From positions 1,792,001-1,856,000 of the forward strand of contig CAWHDR010000001.1 of NCBI GenBank assembly GCA_963828165.1: a stretch of DNA of 64,000 nt, given 5' to 3'. Both the position numbers and the translations under genes were made by a program. The notes under the pieces are model-generated. The model ran no database searches. It was not told the origin of the DNA and worked only from the letters and a program-made list of their open reading frames with translations. Origin of the DNA: an uncultured Chloroflexia bacterium (lineage in GTDB: Bacteria > Chloroflexota > Limnocylindria > Limnocylindrales > CSP1-4). Shown one piece after another: positions 1-10,294 of the stretch. Each line of letters begins with the position of its first letter. The first letter of the stretch is position 1.

Positions 1-2
1 AC

Positions 3-791
3 GACGACCGGGTCGTCCCCATCGACACGCGGGCGACCGGGCTCGCCGGGATGCGAGCCATCGCGGCCGGCGGCGCCCCGGCCCTCGACCGCCTCGGGGC
101 GTGGCTGGACGCCCAGCCGGCCGAGGCCGGTCGGCCACTCGACGCGGTCACGCTCGGCCCGGCCGTCGCAGACCCCGGCGCGATCTACACGGTCGGCCTC
201 AACTACGACGGTGCTGGGGCGTCACCCCGGCCCGAGCGCCCGCTCATCTACGGCAAGGCCGCTGCCTCGGTCGCCGGCCATGGCGCGACGCTCACGTGGG
301 ACCGCGCCGTCACGGACGACGTCGATGCCGAGATCGAGCTCGGCATCGTCATCGGGGCACCGGCCTTCCGGGTCACGTCGGAGGAGGCGATGCGCCACGT
401 CTTCGGCTACACCTGCATCAACGACGTTTCGGCGCGCGACGAGCGCCTGGACGGAGACCAATGGATGCTTGGCAAGTCGATGCCCGGGTTCTGCCCGGTC
501 GGCCCGTGGATCGTGACGGCGGATGCCTTCGATCCCGCCAACGTCGCGCTCCGCTGCACGATCGACGGTGAGCCGATCCAGGAGGGCCGAACCTCGTCGA
601 TGCGTTTCGGCATCGCGGAGATCGTCGCCTACCTCAGCCAGCACCTGGAGCTGCGGCCGGGGGACCTCATCGCGACCGGTACGCCGGTCCGGCTGGCCAC
701 GCCGCCCGGACCCGAACGCCGCCTGCGAGCCGGCGATACCGTGACCGTCTCGATCGAGGGGATCGGACGCCTGACGACGACCATCGCCTGA
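3..791 (+). CDS. Fumarylacetoacetate (FAH) hydrolase family protein, probably 5'-truncated by the window edge
   Basis: Motifs VGLNY, DAEIELGIVIG, GYTCINDVSAR, GKSMPGFCPVGP, LRPGDLIATGTP; frame is open from base 3. Confidence 0.9.
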   Translation, partial: DDRVVPIDTRATGLAGMRAIAAGGAPALDRLGAWLDAQPAEAGRPLDAVTLGPAVADPGAIYTVGLNYDGAGASPRPERPLIYGKAAASVAGHGATLTWDRAVTDDVDAEIELGIVIGAPAFRVTSEEAMRHVFGYTCINDVSARDERLDGDQWMLGKSMPGFCPVGPWIVTADAFDPANVALRCTIDGEPIQEGRTSSMRFGIAEIVAYLSQHLELRPGDLIATGTPVRLATPPGPERRLRAGDTVTVSIEGIGRLTTTIA

Positions 792-813
792 CCGGGCACG
801 AGGAGGACCATCG

Positions 814-1602
814 ATGAAGCCAGCCACCGTGTTCCTGGGCGAGATGACCGATCCCGAGGTGCGCGCCGCCCTGGAACGGACCCAGACGATCATCATCCCG
901 ACGGGCTCGACCGAGCAGCACGGACCGCACGGCCCGCTGCTGACCGACGCGATCGTCCCGACCGAGGTGGGGCGCCGCGTCGCGGAGCGGATCGGGGCGC
1001 TCGTCGGGCCGGCCATCAACTACGCCCTGTCGTATCCCCACGTCGGGTTCACTGGCGTCGTCCATATCCGTGTGGCGACGTTCATGTCGCTGATCGAGGA
1101 CCTGTGTGCGTCGTACGCGTCGATCGGCTTCACGCGGATCGTCTTCCTCAACGGCCACTACGACAACACGTACGCGATCGCGTACGCCTGTGCCACCGCG
1201 GCCGAGCGGATGCCCAGTGGCGTCGCGGCCTTCCCGGTCAACTACTGGGACGGCATGACCGCCGAAGAGGCGGGCGAGTTCTTCGGGCCGACGACTGGTC
1301 TCCACGCGAACCGCGGCGAGACCTCGGCGGTCATGGCCATCGACCCCGACCTGGTCGACCTCGACGCCGCGAATGCCGAGCTGCCGCCCTTCCCGGAGGT
1401 CACGAACCAGGCACCCGTCCACACCGCGTTCTTCTTCTCGGCGCCGGGATCGGTCCACCGGGCCACCAAGTCGGGAACCTGGGGCGATGCCCGGGAGGCG
1501 TCGGTCGAGTACGGCCAGCGCTATCTCGATGTCGTGACCGACGCGACCGTTCGAGTCCTCGACGACATCGAGCGGACGTTCGCGGCGATGCCGCCGCGCT
1601 AA
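814..1602 (+). CDS. Creatininase / creatinine amidohydrolase family protein
   Basis: PTGSTEQHGPHGPLLTD, FLNGHYDN, HANRGETS motifs; GAGGAGG RBS. Confidence 0.88.
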   Translation: MKPATVFLGEMTDPEVRAALERTQTIIIPTGSTEQHGPHGPLLTDAIVPTEVGRRVAERIGALVGPAINYALSYPHVGFTGVVHIRVATFMSLIEDLCASYASIGFTRIVFLNGHYDNTYAIAYACATAAERMPSGVAAFPVNYWDGMTAEEAGEFFGPTTGLHANRGETSAVMAIDPDLVDLDAANAELPPFPEVTNQAPVHTAFFFSAPGSVHRATKSGTWGDAREASVEYGQRYLDVVTDATVRVLDDIERTFAAMPPR

Positions 1603-2743
1603 TCGGCGAGCTGGACCCATGCTCCGGCACGCATGACGCGCCGGATGGAGAGGTCACCGTCGAGCTCCACGATGTCGGCGCGCTGGCCGACGGCGAGGCG
1701 GCCGCGGTCGGTGATGCCGAGCAGCGCGAGCGGAGCGCGGGTTGCGGCGGCGATGGCGGCCGGGATCGGGATGCCGGCCCCCACGAGCCTGCGGATCGCG
1801 ACATCGAGGGCGAGCGCGGACCCGGCGAGGGTCGTGGTACCCGCGAGGGTCACTCGCTCGCCGCGCACCTCGACGTCGAGCGAGCCCAGCCGCCCGAGGC
1901 CGTCGCCGGTTCCGGCGAGCGCCACGGCGTCACTGACGAGGACGATCCGACCCGGCTGCTTCATCCGTTCGATCAGCCGCCAGAGCCCGGGATGGACATG
2001 GATGCCATCGGCGATGAGCTCGACGAAGGCGCGCTCATCGAGCAGGGCCGCGAGCGCGAGCCCGGGTGCGCGGTGGTCGAGCCCAGTCATCGCGTTGAAC
2101 AGGTGCGTCGTCCCGGTCGCGCCCGCCGCATATCCCGCGTCCGCCTCGTCGAGCGTCGCGGCCGAATGGCCGAGCGAGACCGTTGCCCCGTGATCGTGGA
2201 ACCAGCGGATGAGGTCCGGACGCGCCGGGGAGCTCCGGGGCGATGGTGATCAGCCGCAGCCCGTCGAGCAGCGGCTCGAGATCGCTCTTGGCGACTTCGC
2301 TCGGAAGGACGAGCGCAGCCAGGTCGTGGGCGCCGCGCTTCGGAGCAGCGAGGAACGGGCCCTCGAGGTTCAAGCCCAGCGGCTCCGCCCCATCGGCCGG
2401 GGCGTCGGGCAGCCACGCCGCGGACGCGGTCGGCGAACGCGGTTAGGGCGGGGAGGGGTGCGGAGACGGCGGTCGGCAGGAAGGACGTGACGCCGCGACG
2501 AAGCAACGCCCGGGCCATCCCGTCGAGGGCGGCACGGTCGCCCATCGCGTCGTGACCGCCCCAGCCGTGGACGTGGACGTCGACGAAGCCCGGCGCGATG
2601 AGCGGTCCGGCTCCGCTGGCTTCGCCGTCGTCGAGGTCAACCGCCCCGATCACTCCGTCCCGGACCGTGATGCTGCCCGCGGCCAGGCGATCGTCGAGGA
2701 CCAGGCGGCCGCTGATGGTCGTAGCGGTCGGTCGGCCGCTCAT
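1599..2743 (-). CDS. nagA: N-acetylglucosamine-6-phosphate deacetylase, split over three frames by two single-base indels (~2420, ~2218; probably sequence errors)
   Basis: APGFVDVHVHGWGG, GVTSFLPT, NLEGPFL...GAH, ITIAPE, GHS, THLFNAM, ADGIHVHP, LAGSAL found in consecutive frames. Confidence 0.85.
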
Positions 2744-3519
2744 CGCTCACCGCGAGCGGTCCCACCGCCGGCCGCATCGGCCGCCTCGAGATCCGGTCCC
2801 TCGATGTCGAATCCGACGACAAGGCCGTAGCGGTCGGCCGCGTAGCGCGACTCGGTCGCCTCGATGCGACGGCCGTGCCCGTCGGCGATGACGCGCCGCT
2901 CGACCAGCAGCGGGTCGCCGATGCGGACATCGAGCAGACGGGCGTCGTCGGGCGTCGCGGCGGCCGCGCCGATCGTGCTGGTCCCGCCGCGCAGCACGAT
3001 GCCGGCCCGACCAAGCGTTTCGTGCAGCGAGCCCTTGGCGAGGTCGGCCGTCATGACGGCGTCGGCGCATTGCCCGAGCAGGACGGTCGATTCGAGGACG
3101 ATCGGCTCGTCGTCGGCCTGCCGCAGTCGGCGCAGGTGGACGACCGGCTGCCCGGTCGGGATGCCGAGGCTTTCGGCTTCGGCGGGCGAGGACGGGCGGA
3201 TGGCCCGGGTCAGCACGCGCGAGCTGGGAACGCGACCGGCGCGGCGCATCTCCTGCGTGAACGTCATGAGCCGATTGGCCCGACGGTGCACGGGCGGATC
3301 TGCCACGAAGCTCCCTCGGCCGGGCTTCCGCGTGATCAGACCATCCTCGGCGAGGCGCTGCATGGCATTACGAGCGGTCATCCGGCTCACACCGAACTCC
3401 GCACACAGCTCTGCGTCGGACGGCAGTCGGGCCCCCGGCACCAGGGTCGAGATCCGTTCGCGCAGGGCTTGCTCGATCAGGCGGTAGTGATGCTGGGGTG
3501 GGGTGCTCGCCTGGATCAT
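2740..3519 (-). CDS. GntR (HutC/UTRA) family transcriptional regulator
   Basis: wHTH LPSDAELCAEFGVSRMTARNA...GRGSFV plus UTRA domain; start overlaps the upstream stop (ATGA). Confidence 0.9.
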   Translation of the reverse strand: MIQASTPPQHHYRLIEQALRERISTLVPGARLPSDAELCAEFGVSRMTARNAMQRLAEDGLITRKPGRGSFVADPPVHRRANRLMTFTQEMRRAGRVPSSRVLTRAIRPSSPAEAESLGIPTGQPVVHLRRLRQADDEPIVLESTVLLGQCADAVMTADLAKGSLHETLGRAGIVLRGGTSTIGAAAATPDDARLLDVRIGDPLLVERRVIADGHGRRIEATESRYAADRYGLVVGFDIEGPDLEAADAAGGGTARGER

Positions 3520-4478
3520 CGTGCCTCGACCGGTGCGTGGGCGGCCGCCGGGTCGTCTCGACCTGCCCTTTCGGCGCCGTGGAGGGCCGCCCCGATGGCG
3601 CCGGCCCACGTTCCGAGCTCCGCTGGCACGACTCGGACGCGATCGAGCGCGGTCGTGTAGACCCGCTCACGCAGCTCAGCCTCGATCGGGCCCTGTAACA
3701 GGTCGAACGCAGCCGAGATGCCGCCGCCGATGACGACGACGTCCGGATTGACGACCACGATCATGTTGGCGATGCCGATCCCAAGGTATCGCCCGACGGC
3801 GACCAGCCCGGCGACCGCCGCCGGTTCGCCGGCACGAGCCGCAGCCATCGCCTCCTCGGCGGTCGCGGTCCCGCAGGCTGCGGCGATGCGGTCGGCCCGC
3901 GCGAATGCCTCCAGGCAGCCGCGGTTGCCGCAGCCGCAGGGAGGTCCATCCGGCTCCAGTGTCTGGTGACCGAGCTCGCCGCCCGTGCCGTCATGCCCCA
4001 GGTGGACGCGGCCATCGATCGCGATGACGCCGCCGATGCCGGTTCCAAGCGTCAGCCCGATCATCGAAGCGGCCCCGCGCGCGGCGCCGAGGCGCAACTC
4101 GGCGAGCCCGAACGCCCGCGCGTCGTTGATCAGCGTGGTCGGCAGACCCAACGCCTCGCCGACCGGGCCTGCCACGGGTACGCCGGGCCAGCCTCCGGGG
4201 AAATTGACCAGGAACCGCGTCGTGCCGGTCGCCGGGTCATACAGGCCGGGAACCCCCACGCCGACCGACGTGACCCCCGGACTGCGCTCGATCGCGTCGG
4301 CCCCGACGGCCCCGAGTCGCGGCACGACGTCATCAGGACCCTTGGGCATGGGCGTCTCGACCTGACCCCGGTCGAGGACATGCCACTCGTCGGCGTCCCG
4401 CTGGACGACAACCCACTTGATATTCGTCCCGCCAAGATCGAGCCCGAGATGGCGACTCGTGGGCGGGCCGTCCCGCAC
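3516..4478 (-). CDS. ROK family sugar kinase
   Basis: GLDLGGTNIK, NDARAFGLAE, GTGIGG, GELGH, CGCGNRGCLE; no HTH; start approximate. Confidence 0.88.
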   Translation of the reverse strand: MRDGPPTSRHLGLDLGGTNIKWVVVQRDADEWHVLDRGQVETPMPKGPDDVVPRLGAVGADAIERSPGVTSVGVGVPGLYDPATGTTRFLVNFPGGWPGVPVAGPVGEALGLPTTLINDARAFGLAELRLGAARGAASMIGLTLGTGIGGVIAIDGRVHLGHDGTGGELGHQTLEPDGPPCGCGNRGCLEAFARADRIAAACGTATAEEAMAAARAGEPAAVAGLVAVGRYLGIGIANMIVVVNPDVVVIGGGISAAFDLLQGPIEAELRERVYTTALDRVRVVPAELGTWAGAIGAALHGAERAGRDDPAAAHAPVEAR

Positions 4479-4483
4479 GTCGA

Positions 4484-5482
4484 TCAGGACTCCGCCGTGA
4501 CCCGGGTGTAGGCGGCTGCGACGACGACGATGATCGAGCCGAACAGGATCTGGCGAAGGGCCTCGGGCAGCCCGAGCGTCGTGAGCAGGGACGTCAGCAC
4601 GGTCAGGATCAGGGCCCCGACCAGTGTCCCGCCGTAGCCACCACGGCCACCCATGATCGAGGTCCCGCCGATCACCGCCGCGGCCACCGACGGCAGCACC
4701 GCACTGTCCACGAGGGTCACGCTGGCCACGTTGTTGAGGCCCGTGTACAGGAACCCGGCGATGGCGGCGATCAGGGCCGAGATGACGTACAGCACGATGA
4801 GGACCTGCCACGACTTGGTGCCGGCAAGGCGGGCGGCGATCGGGTTGTCTCCGACCGCGTACAGCAGCCGGCCATAGCCGGTCCGCCGCAGCAGCAGCAG
4901 GACGAAGGCGACCAGGGGCAGGAAGACCAGCAGGCTGTTCGGCAGCACTCCGAGGAACGTGCCCGATCCGAGCGTGCGCAGGAGCGCCGGGACGCCTGCC
5001 CCGGTCTGGACCATGACGATCTGCCAGACGTTGGCCAGCCCGAGGATCACCAGGCTCATGCCCAGGGTCATGATCAGCGGGTGGACCTTGAAGACCCCGA
5101 CACCGATGCCCGTCAGGAGGCCGGCGAGCGCCGCGATGACGAGCGCGACGATCAGGGCGACCGCGAGCCCCTGGCCACCGACGAGCGTCGCGACCACGAA
5201 CCCGCTCATCGACGCGACGGCGCCGACAGACAGGTCGATGCCGCCGGTCAGGAACGTGAGGGTCTGGCAGGCGGCGAGGAGCGCCAGCGGGATCGCCGAA
5301 CGGACGATTCCCGCCGCCCACCCCGGGTTGACGGAATCCGGCCTGACGAGAAAGACCAGGGCGACCAGCAGCACCAGCAGTCCGATGAGCGGGATGAGTG
5401 GCTGATCGCGGAACAGGCGACGCCACGCGGCCACGGTGAGCCACGGGTTGCGGGCGCTCGAGGTGCCGGCCACGCCGGTCAT
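4484..5482 (-). CDS. Sugar ABC transporter permease (RbsC-like)
   Basis: GGIDLSVG, YAVGDNPIAARLAG, AAAVIGGTSIMGGRG; multiple TM segments. Confidence 0.9.
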   Translation of the reverse strand: MTGVAGTSSARNPWLTVAAWRRLFRDQPLIPLIGLLVLLVALVFLVRPDSVNPGWAAGIVRSAIPLALLAACQTLTFLTGGIDLSVGAVASMSGFVVATLVGGQGLAVALIVALVIAALAGLLTGIGVGVFKVHPLIMTLGMSLVILGLANVWQIVMVQTGAGVPALLRTLGSGTFLGVLPNSLLVFLPLVAFVLLLLRRTGYGRLLYAVGDNPIAARLAGTKSWQVLIVLYVISALIAAIAGFLYTGLNNVASVTLVDSAVLPSVAAAVIGGTSIMGGRGGYGGTLVGALILTVLTSLLTTLGLPEALRQILFGSIIVVVAAAYTRVTAES

Positions 5483-6483
5483 GCGCGATCCCGCCGGATC
5501 TGGATCAGGCTGCCGAACATGACCACGCCGATCAGGATGACGCCCTGCAGCACGACCGAGAGGTTGGTGTTGACGTTGAGGAACGTCATGTCGGTCCGGA
5601 TCAGCTGGAGGATCACGACGGCGACGATCGGCCCGAACACGCCACCGCGGCCACCCGCGAGGCTCACGCCCCCGAGGACCACGGCCGCGACGCTCAGCAA
5701 TGTGTAAGGCCCGGGCACCGGGGTCGCGATCCCGGTGCTCGCCGTGAGCGCCAGGCCGCCGAGTGCGGCGAACAGGCCGGTCAGCATGTAGGCGACGAGG
5801 CGTGTCCGGTCGACCGGCACGCCGCTTCGGAACGCGGCCAGCCGGTTGCTGCCGATCGCATAGATGGACAGCCCCACGCGAGTTCGTCGGATGGGGATCC
5901 AGATCAGCGCCACGACGAGGATCAGGACCACCGCACCCTTCGGGATCCACTCGTTGACGAGGGACCCGGTGACCAGGTCCTTGAGCCACGTCGCGGAGGC
6001 GCCGCCGGGGGTCTTCAGCACCAGCAACGCGGCGCCCGCCCACACGAACGACATCGCGAGGGTCACGACGATATCGGGCACGCGCGTGAGGACGACCACG
6101 CCTCCGTTGATGGCGCCCACGACGAGCCCGAGCAGGAGGACGCCGAACACGACCGCGACCGCGAACTCCTCGGTCTGGCCCTTCATGAGCGTGGCCGAGA
6201 CGACGCTCGTCAGAGCCATCACGGCGCCGATCGAAAGGTCGATCCCGCCGGAGATGACCACGATCGCCTGCCCGACGGCAGCCAGCGCGAGGGGTAGCAC
6301 GGAGATCGCCAGGCCCTGGATGCCGGCCACCCCGTAGCTCGGCTGGATGAGCTTCGTGAAGACCAAAAGCAGCGCCAGGAAGCCGACCAGTCCAATGACC
6401 CAGCCGTTGCGTTGCCCAAAGGAGACCAGAGCGTCCGAGGGACGGGGACGGAGGTCGTCGGCCGGGGCCGTCGTGGCGCTCAT
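5479..6483 (-). CDS. Sugar ABC transporter permease (RbsC-like)
   Basis: GGIDLSIG, YAIGSN..AA..SG, VVLGGVSLAGGRG. Confidence 0.9.
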   Translation of the reverse strand: MSATTAPADDLRPRPSDALVSFGQRNGWVIGLVGFLALLLVFTKLIQPSYGVAGIQGLAISVLPLALAAVGQAIVVISGGIDLSIGAVMALTSVVSATLMKGQTEEFAVAVVFGVLLLGLVVGAINGGVVVLTRVPDIVVTLAMSFVWAGAALLVLKTPGGASATWLKDLVTGSLVNEWIPKGAVVLILVVALIWIPIRRTRVGLSIYAIGSNRLAAFRSGVPVDRTRLVAYMLTGLFAALGGLALTASTGIATPVPGPYTLLSVAAVVLGGVSLAGGRGGVFGPIVAVVILQLIRTDMTFLNVNTNLSVVLQGVILIGVVMFGSLIQIRRDRA

Positions 6484-8087
6484 CGGTCGCTCTCGGGCGG
6501 CGGGAGCTCGCGGTCTGGCTCCACATCGGCCGGCGCGGCTGCCTCGGCGACCGCGTCGGCGGCGACCAGCTCGGCGGCGATCTCCTCCGGCATCTGGGCG
6601 TCAGAGCGCAGGTTGTACGCAGCCCGCAGGAGGGTCGGCTCGTCGGCATCGGCGACATCGATCTCCGCGACCACCCGGCCGCCGAAGATGACGATCGCCC
6701 GGTCGCAGGCGAGCCGGATCTCCTTCAGTTCCGAGGTGTAGAGCAGGACGGCTGCCCCGGCCTCCGCCAGATCCCGGAGCAGCACGTAGATCTGCTGCTT
6801 GGTGCGGATGTCGATGCCGCGGGTCGGGTCGAAGCAGAGCATCGCGTGGACCCCGCCGGCCACCCAGCGCGCGATCGTGACCTTCTGCTGGTTGCCGCCC
6901 GAAAGCCGGCGAACCTCGCCCTGCGCGCGCGTGTCGATCTGCAGCCGCTCGATGCCGCCGTCCACCTTGCGACGCTCTTCTCCGGTATTGATCGGGCCCC
7001 AGCGGCTCATCCACGCGGTCCACGGCAGCGCGATGTTCTCGCGTACCGAGCGCTGCATCAGCAGCGCTTCGGCTCGGTCGGCAGGCACGTAGACGAGACC
7101 CGCGCGGATGGCATCCGCGGGATGACGGAAGGTGACCGGCGAGCCGTCGACGAGCAGGTCGCCGCTCGACGGGCGTTCGGAGCCGGCCAGGATGTCGAAC
7201 AGCTCGTCCTGCCCCTGGCCCTCGAGCGCGACCACGCCGAGCACCTCGCCAGGGTAGAGGTCGAACGAGACATCCTGTAGCTTCGTCCGCGCCGCCAGGT
7301 TTCGCGCGGAGATACGGGGCTTCACATCGGCCGACCGAGCCGCCGCGGGCGTCCGCTCGTCGACCGCTGCCATGTCTTCGACGATGTGGCCGAGCATGAG
7401 CTCCACGATCCGCTCTTCGGAGCCCTCGGTCACGTCCACGACGCCGACGGTCTCGCCCTCGCGCAGGACGGTCGCGCGATCGCAGACGGCGGCGATCTCG
7501 ATCATCCGATGGGAGATGAAGATGACCGAGCGATCGCCGCCCCGCTGGCGGCCGATCACCTCGAGGACGCGCTCGGTCAGGTTCGCGGGCAGAGCCGCGG
7601 TCATCTCGTCGAGCATGAGGACGTCGGGTTCGATCGCCATCGCTCGGGCGAGATCGATGACCCGGAGCGAGGCCAGCGGCACGCGCCGCGCCATGCTCGA
7701 CAGGTCCAGGTTGTCCAAACCCAGTTCATCCAGCCAGTGGCGGAAGGGCTCGACCGGCGTCTCGGTCAGACGGAGATTCGCCCGGATGTCCAGGTCCGGG
7801 ATCAGGGCCGGTTCCTGGTAGACCGACACGATGCCGCCGCGGCGCGCCTCCGCAGGGGAATGGGCGGTGAACGCCCGGCCGCGGACCGACAGGGTGCCGG
7901 CGTCCGGACGGACGGCCCCGGTCAGGATCTTGACGAGCGTGCTCTTGCCGGCGCCGTTGGCGCCCATGAGCGCATGGACTTCCCCGGGGCGCACCGCCAG
8001 GGAGGCGTTCTTCAGCGCGAGGACCGCGCCGTACGCCTTCCTGATGCCCGTGGCCTCGAGCAGGAGCTCCGTCGTGGTGAGGGTCAT
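6480..8087 (-). CDS. Sugar ABC transporter ATP-binding protein (RbsA-like, two NBDs)
   Basis: Walker A GANGAGKS, LSGGNQQKV, DPTRGID. Confidence 0.92.
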   Translation of the reverse strand: MTLTTTELLLEATGIRKAYGAVLALKNASLAVRPGEVHALMGANGAGKSTLVKILTGAVRPDAGTLSVRGRAFTAHSPAEARRGGIVSVYQEPALIPDLDIRANLRLTETPVEPFRHWLDELGLDNLDLSSMARRVPLASLRVIDLARAMAIEPDVLMLDEMTAALPANLTERVLEVIGRQRGGDRSVIFISHRMIEIAAVCDRATVLREGETVGVVDVTEGSEERIVELMLGHIVEDMAAVDERTPAAARSADVKPRISARNLAARTKLQDVSFDLYPGEVLGVVALEGQGQDELFDILAGSERPSSGDLLVDGSPVTFRHPADAIRAGLVYVPADRAEALLMQRSVRENIALPWTAWMSRWGPINTGEERRKVDGGIERLQIDTRAQGEVRRLSGGNQQKVTIARWVAGGVHAMLCFDPTRGIDIRTKQQIYVLLRDLAEAGAAVLLYTSELKEIRLACDRAIVIFGGRVVAEIDVADADEPTLLRAAYNLRSDAQMPEEIAAELVAADAVAEAAAPADVEPDRELPPPESDR

Positions 8088-8106
8088 CGGTCCCTCGATG
8101 GTAGTA

Positions 8107-8138
8107 CGAGAGATGCCGGACGAATCCGGCATCTCTCG
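8107..8138 (-). terminator. 14-bp hairpin with UUCG loop after the substrate-binding gene (mRNA stabiliser or partial terminator)
   Basis: CGAGAGATGCCGGA-cgaa-TCCGGCATCTCTCG perfect inverted repeat. Confidence 0.6.
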
Positions 8139-8165
8139 TTCCGTGGGTCTATGGCTCGGGGAAGG

Positions 8166-9344
8166 CTATTCGCCCGGGCCCTTGCAGGCGACGGCCTGCT
8201 CGGGGGTGTACGTCGTGTAGCCCTCGATCTGGAGACCGAGCGGCCAGAGCGGATCGAGACCGTCGACCTTCCACGACTCGAGAAGCGCCTTGCCCTCGTC
8301 CGTGACGTTGTCGGCGACGACCGGGTCCAGGAGGACCGTGTTCGCGCGAGCGGGCGCGGCCGCCGTCTCGATGGTTTCACCGTTGAGGAGCTTGAGCGCC
8401 AAGCCGATACCCGCGCCGCCGACGGCGGCGGTGTTGGTGACGGCGGCCCCCGTGAGGCCCTCGTATTCCGTCGGGTTCGTGAGCTGGCCGACGAACGCGC
8501 CGAGGTCAGCGCCGACGATCGGCACGTACGGCTTGGCGGCGGCCTTCACGACATCGACGACCTGCGAATCCATGCCCGACGTCCAGATGCCCTGGACGCC
8601 GTCGTATCCGCCGCTATTGACGAAGTCGTTCGCGATCTGGGTGGCCTTGGCCGGGTCCCAGTCGGTGTGGACGCCCTCGTCGCTCGGGACGAGCTTGATG
8701 CCCGGATTCTCCGCGAGTGCGCGCTTCATGCCGGTGTCGCGGTCGGTGTCAGCCGGGTTGCCGGCGATGCCGCGCGTGTACCAGACATTGCCGGTGCCGT
8801 TGAGCTGCTTGAACAGCCACGACGCGCCGAGGTACGCGTACTCTTCCTGGTTGTTGTAGAGGTTGTAGGTGTCCGGATCGGTGACGAAGGCGTCGACCGA
8901 GACGGTGATGATGCCCGCGGCCTTGGCCTCGGCGAGTGCCGGGTTGAGCGCATCGGGGTCGTTCGGGTTGAACACGATCGCATCGACGTCCGCGGCGATG
9001 AGGTCGCGGATGTCCTGCAACTGGCCCGCGGCGTCCGTGTTGCGGTGGCTGGTGATGAGCTTCGTGACCTGGCCCGAGGAGAGTGCCTCGGCCTTCGCCG
9101 TGCAGACCTGCTCCTCGCGGAAGCCGTTGCCGACGCCGCCACCGTTGGAGTATCCGATCGTGTAGCTGCCGCCCGCCGCGCTCGGCGCGGCGTCGCTCGG
9201 CGCGGCGTCGCTGGGGGCCGCCACGCTGGGGGCCGCCACGCTCGGGGCCGCGCTACCGGCCGGCGTGGAGCAGGCAGCCGCGAACACCGCGGCCGCTGCG
9301 AAGACCGCGAGCAATCTCGCCCGGGTCGTCTTCTTTTCCGTCAT
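8166..9344 (-). CDS. Sugar ABC transporter substrate-binding lipoprotein
   Basis: Lipobox FAAAC, AAPS linker, type I periplasmic binding fold (QLQDIRDLIAADVDAIV); GAGGAG RBS. Confidence 0.9.
   Translation of the reverse strand: MTEKKTTRARLLAVFAAAAVFAAACSTPAGSAAPSVAAPSVAAPSDAAPSDAAPSAAGGSYTIGYSNGGGVGNGFREEQVCTAKAEALSSGQVTKLITSHRNTDAAGQLQDIRDLIAADVDAIVFNPNDPDALNPALAEAKAAGIITVSVDAFVTDPDTYNLYNNQEEYAYLGASWLFKQLNGTGNVWYTRGIAGNPADTDRDTGMKRALAENPGIKLVPSDEGVHTDWDPAKATQIANDFVNSGGYDGVQGIWTSGMDSQVVDVVKAAAKPYVPIVGADLGAFVGQLTNPTEYEGLTGAAVTNTAAVGGAGIGLALKLLNGETIETAAAPARANTVLLDPVVADNVTDEGKALLESWKVDGLDPLWPLGLQIEGYTTYTPEQAVACKGPGE
9176..9252 (-). repeat. 15-bp tandem repeat (~5 copies) encoding the AAPS(V/D) lipoprotein linker
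   Basis: Translation AAPSVAAPSVAAPSDAAPSDAAPSA. Confidence 0.8.
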
Positions 9345-9429
9345 GCGTTCTCCTCCTCGATCGATGGTGCGCCATGGTGGAGCACCGTAGGACGACGACA
9401 CCCCCACCTACGGGGGTTGTTGATCCTCA

Positions 9430-10272
9430 TCAGCTCGGCTTCACCTCCTGGCCGGGGCTCGCCTCGCCGTCATCCGTAGCGCGGATGATGGCACGTGCGA
9501 TGCGCCGTGCGTGCTCCTCATAGGCTCGTTCGAACAACGACCGCGAGCGCTCGGCGCCTACGACCGATGCTCGGGTGATGACAGGTGGCATCGCACCCCG
9601 CTCCACGAGGAGCTGGGCGGTCCGCACCTTGATGGAATTCACGATCGCAACGGCCGTGATGGTCGAGCCCGGGCCGACCGGGGTATCGAGCCCGTCGATC
9701 TCGACGAGGGCGTCGGCGTGGGGGGTGCACAGGTCGATGACGAGGTCGGCCTCGTCGAGCAAGCGCGTGCCGACGATGGGATCCGGATCGGACGACAGCG
9801 ACTGGTCGACCGAGGTCACCGCGATGACTCGAATGCCGCGCCGCCGCGCGCCACGGGCCATCTCGACCGGCACCGCCGACGTGCCCGAGGCCGAGAAGAC
9901 GATCATGACGTCTCGGGTCCCGAAGCTGAAGTTCTCGAGGATGACGTCGGCGAGGCCCGGCATCCGCTCGATGAACATCGCCTGGCGCTGGCCGTTGGCG
10001 CCGACGATCTGAGTGTGGAACGTCATCGACAGCTCGGCGATCGGGTTGAACCCGGGGTACGACCCATAACGCGGGAACATCTCCTCGAGCGGGATGCGCG
10101 AATGACCCGTTCCGAAGAGGTGGACCAGGCCGTTGTCGGCGATCGCGTCGGCGCACCACTGGCTGGCTTCTTCCAGCGCGTCGCCCTGGGTCGCGGCCAG
10201 CCGGTCGAGGAGAGCCCGGGCCTCGGCCAGGAACGGCGGAGCGTTGACGGGGGCGACGGTCCTCGCGCTCAT
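9430..10272 (-). CDS. SIS (sugar isomerase) domain protein
   Basis: VHLFGTGHS, IVFSASG, VIAVTS, PVGPGST. Confidence 0.85.
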   Translation of the reverse strand: MSARTVAPVNAPPFLAEARALLDRLAATQGDALEEASQWCADAIADNGLVHLFGTGHSRIPLEEMFPRYGSYPGFNPIAELSMTFHTQIVGANGQRQAMFIERMPGLADVILENFSFGTRDVMIVFSASGTSAVPVEMARGARRRGIRVIAVTSVDQSLSSDPDPIVGTRLLDEADLVIDLCTPHADALVEIDGLDTPVGPGSTITAVAIVNSIKVRTAQLLVERGAMPPVITRASVVGAERSRSLFERAYEEHARRIARAIIRATDDGEASPGQEVKPS

Positions 10273-10294
10273 CGCGCGCCCATGAGGTCGACCA

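Noticed and set aside
814-1602. Mycofactocin peptidase MftE
   Set aside because: Creatininase fold only; no other mft genes appear in the window.
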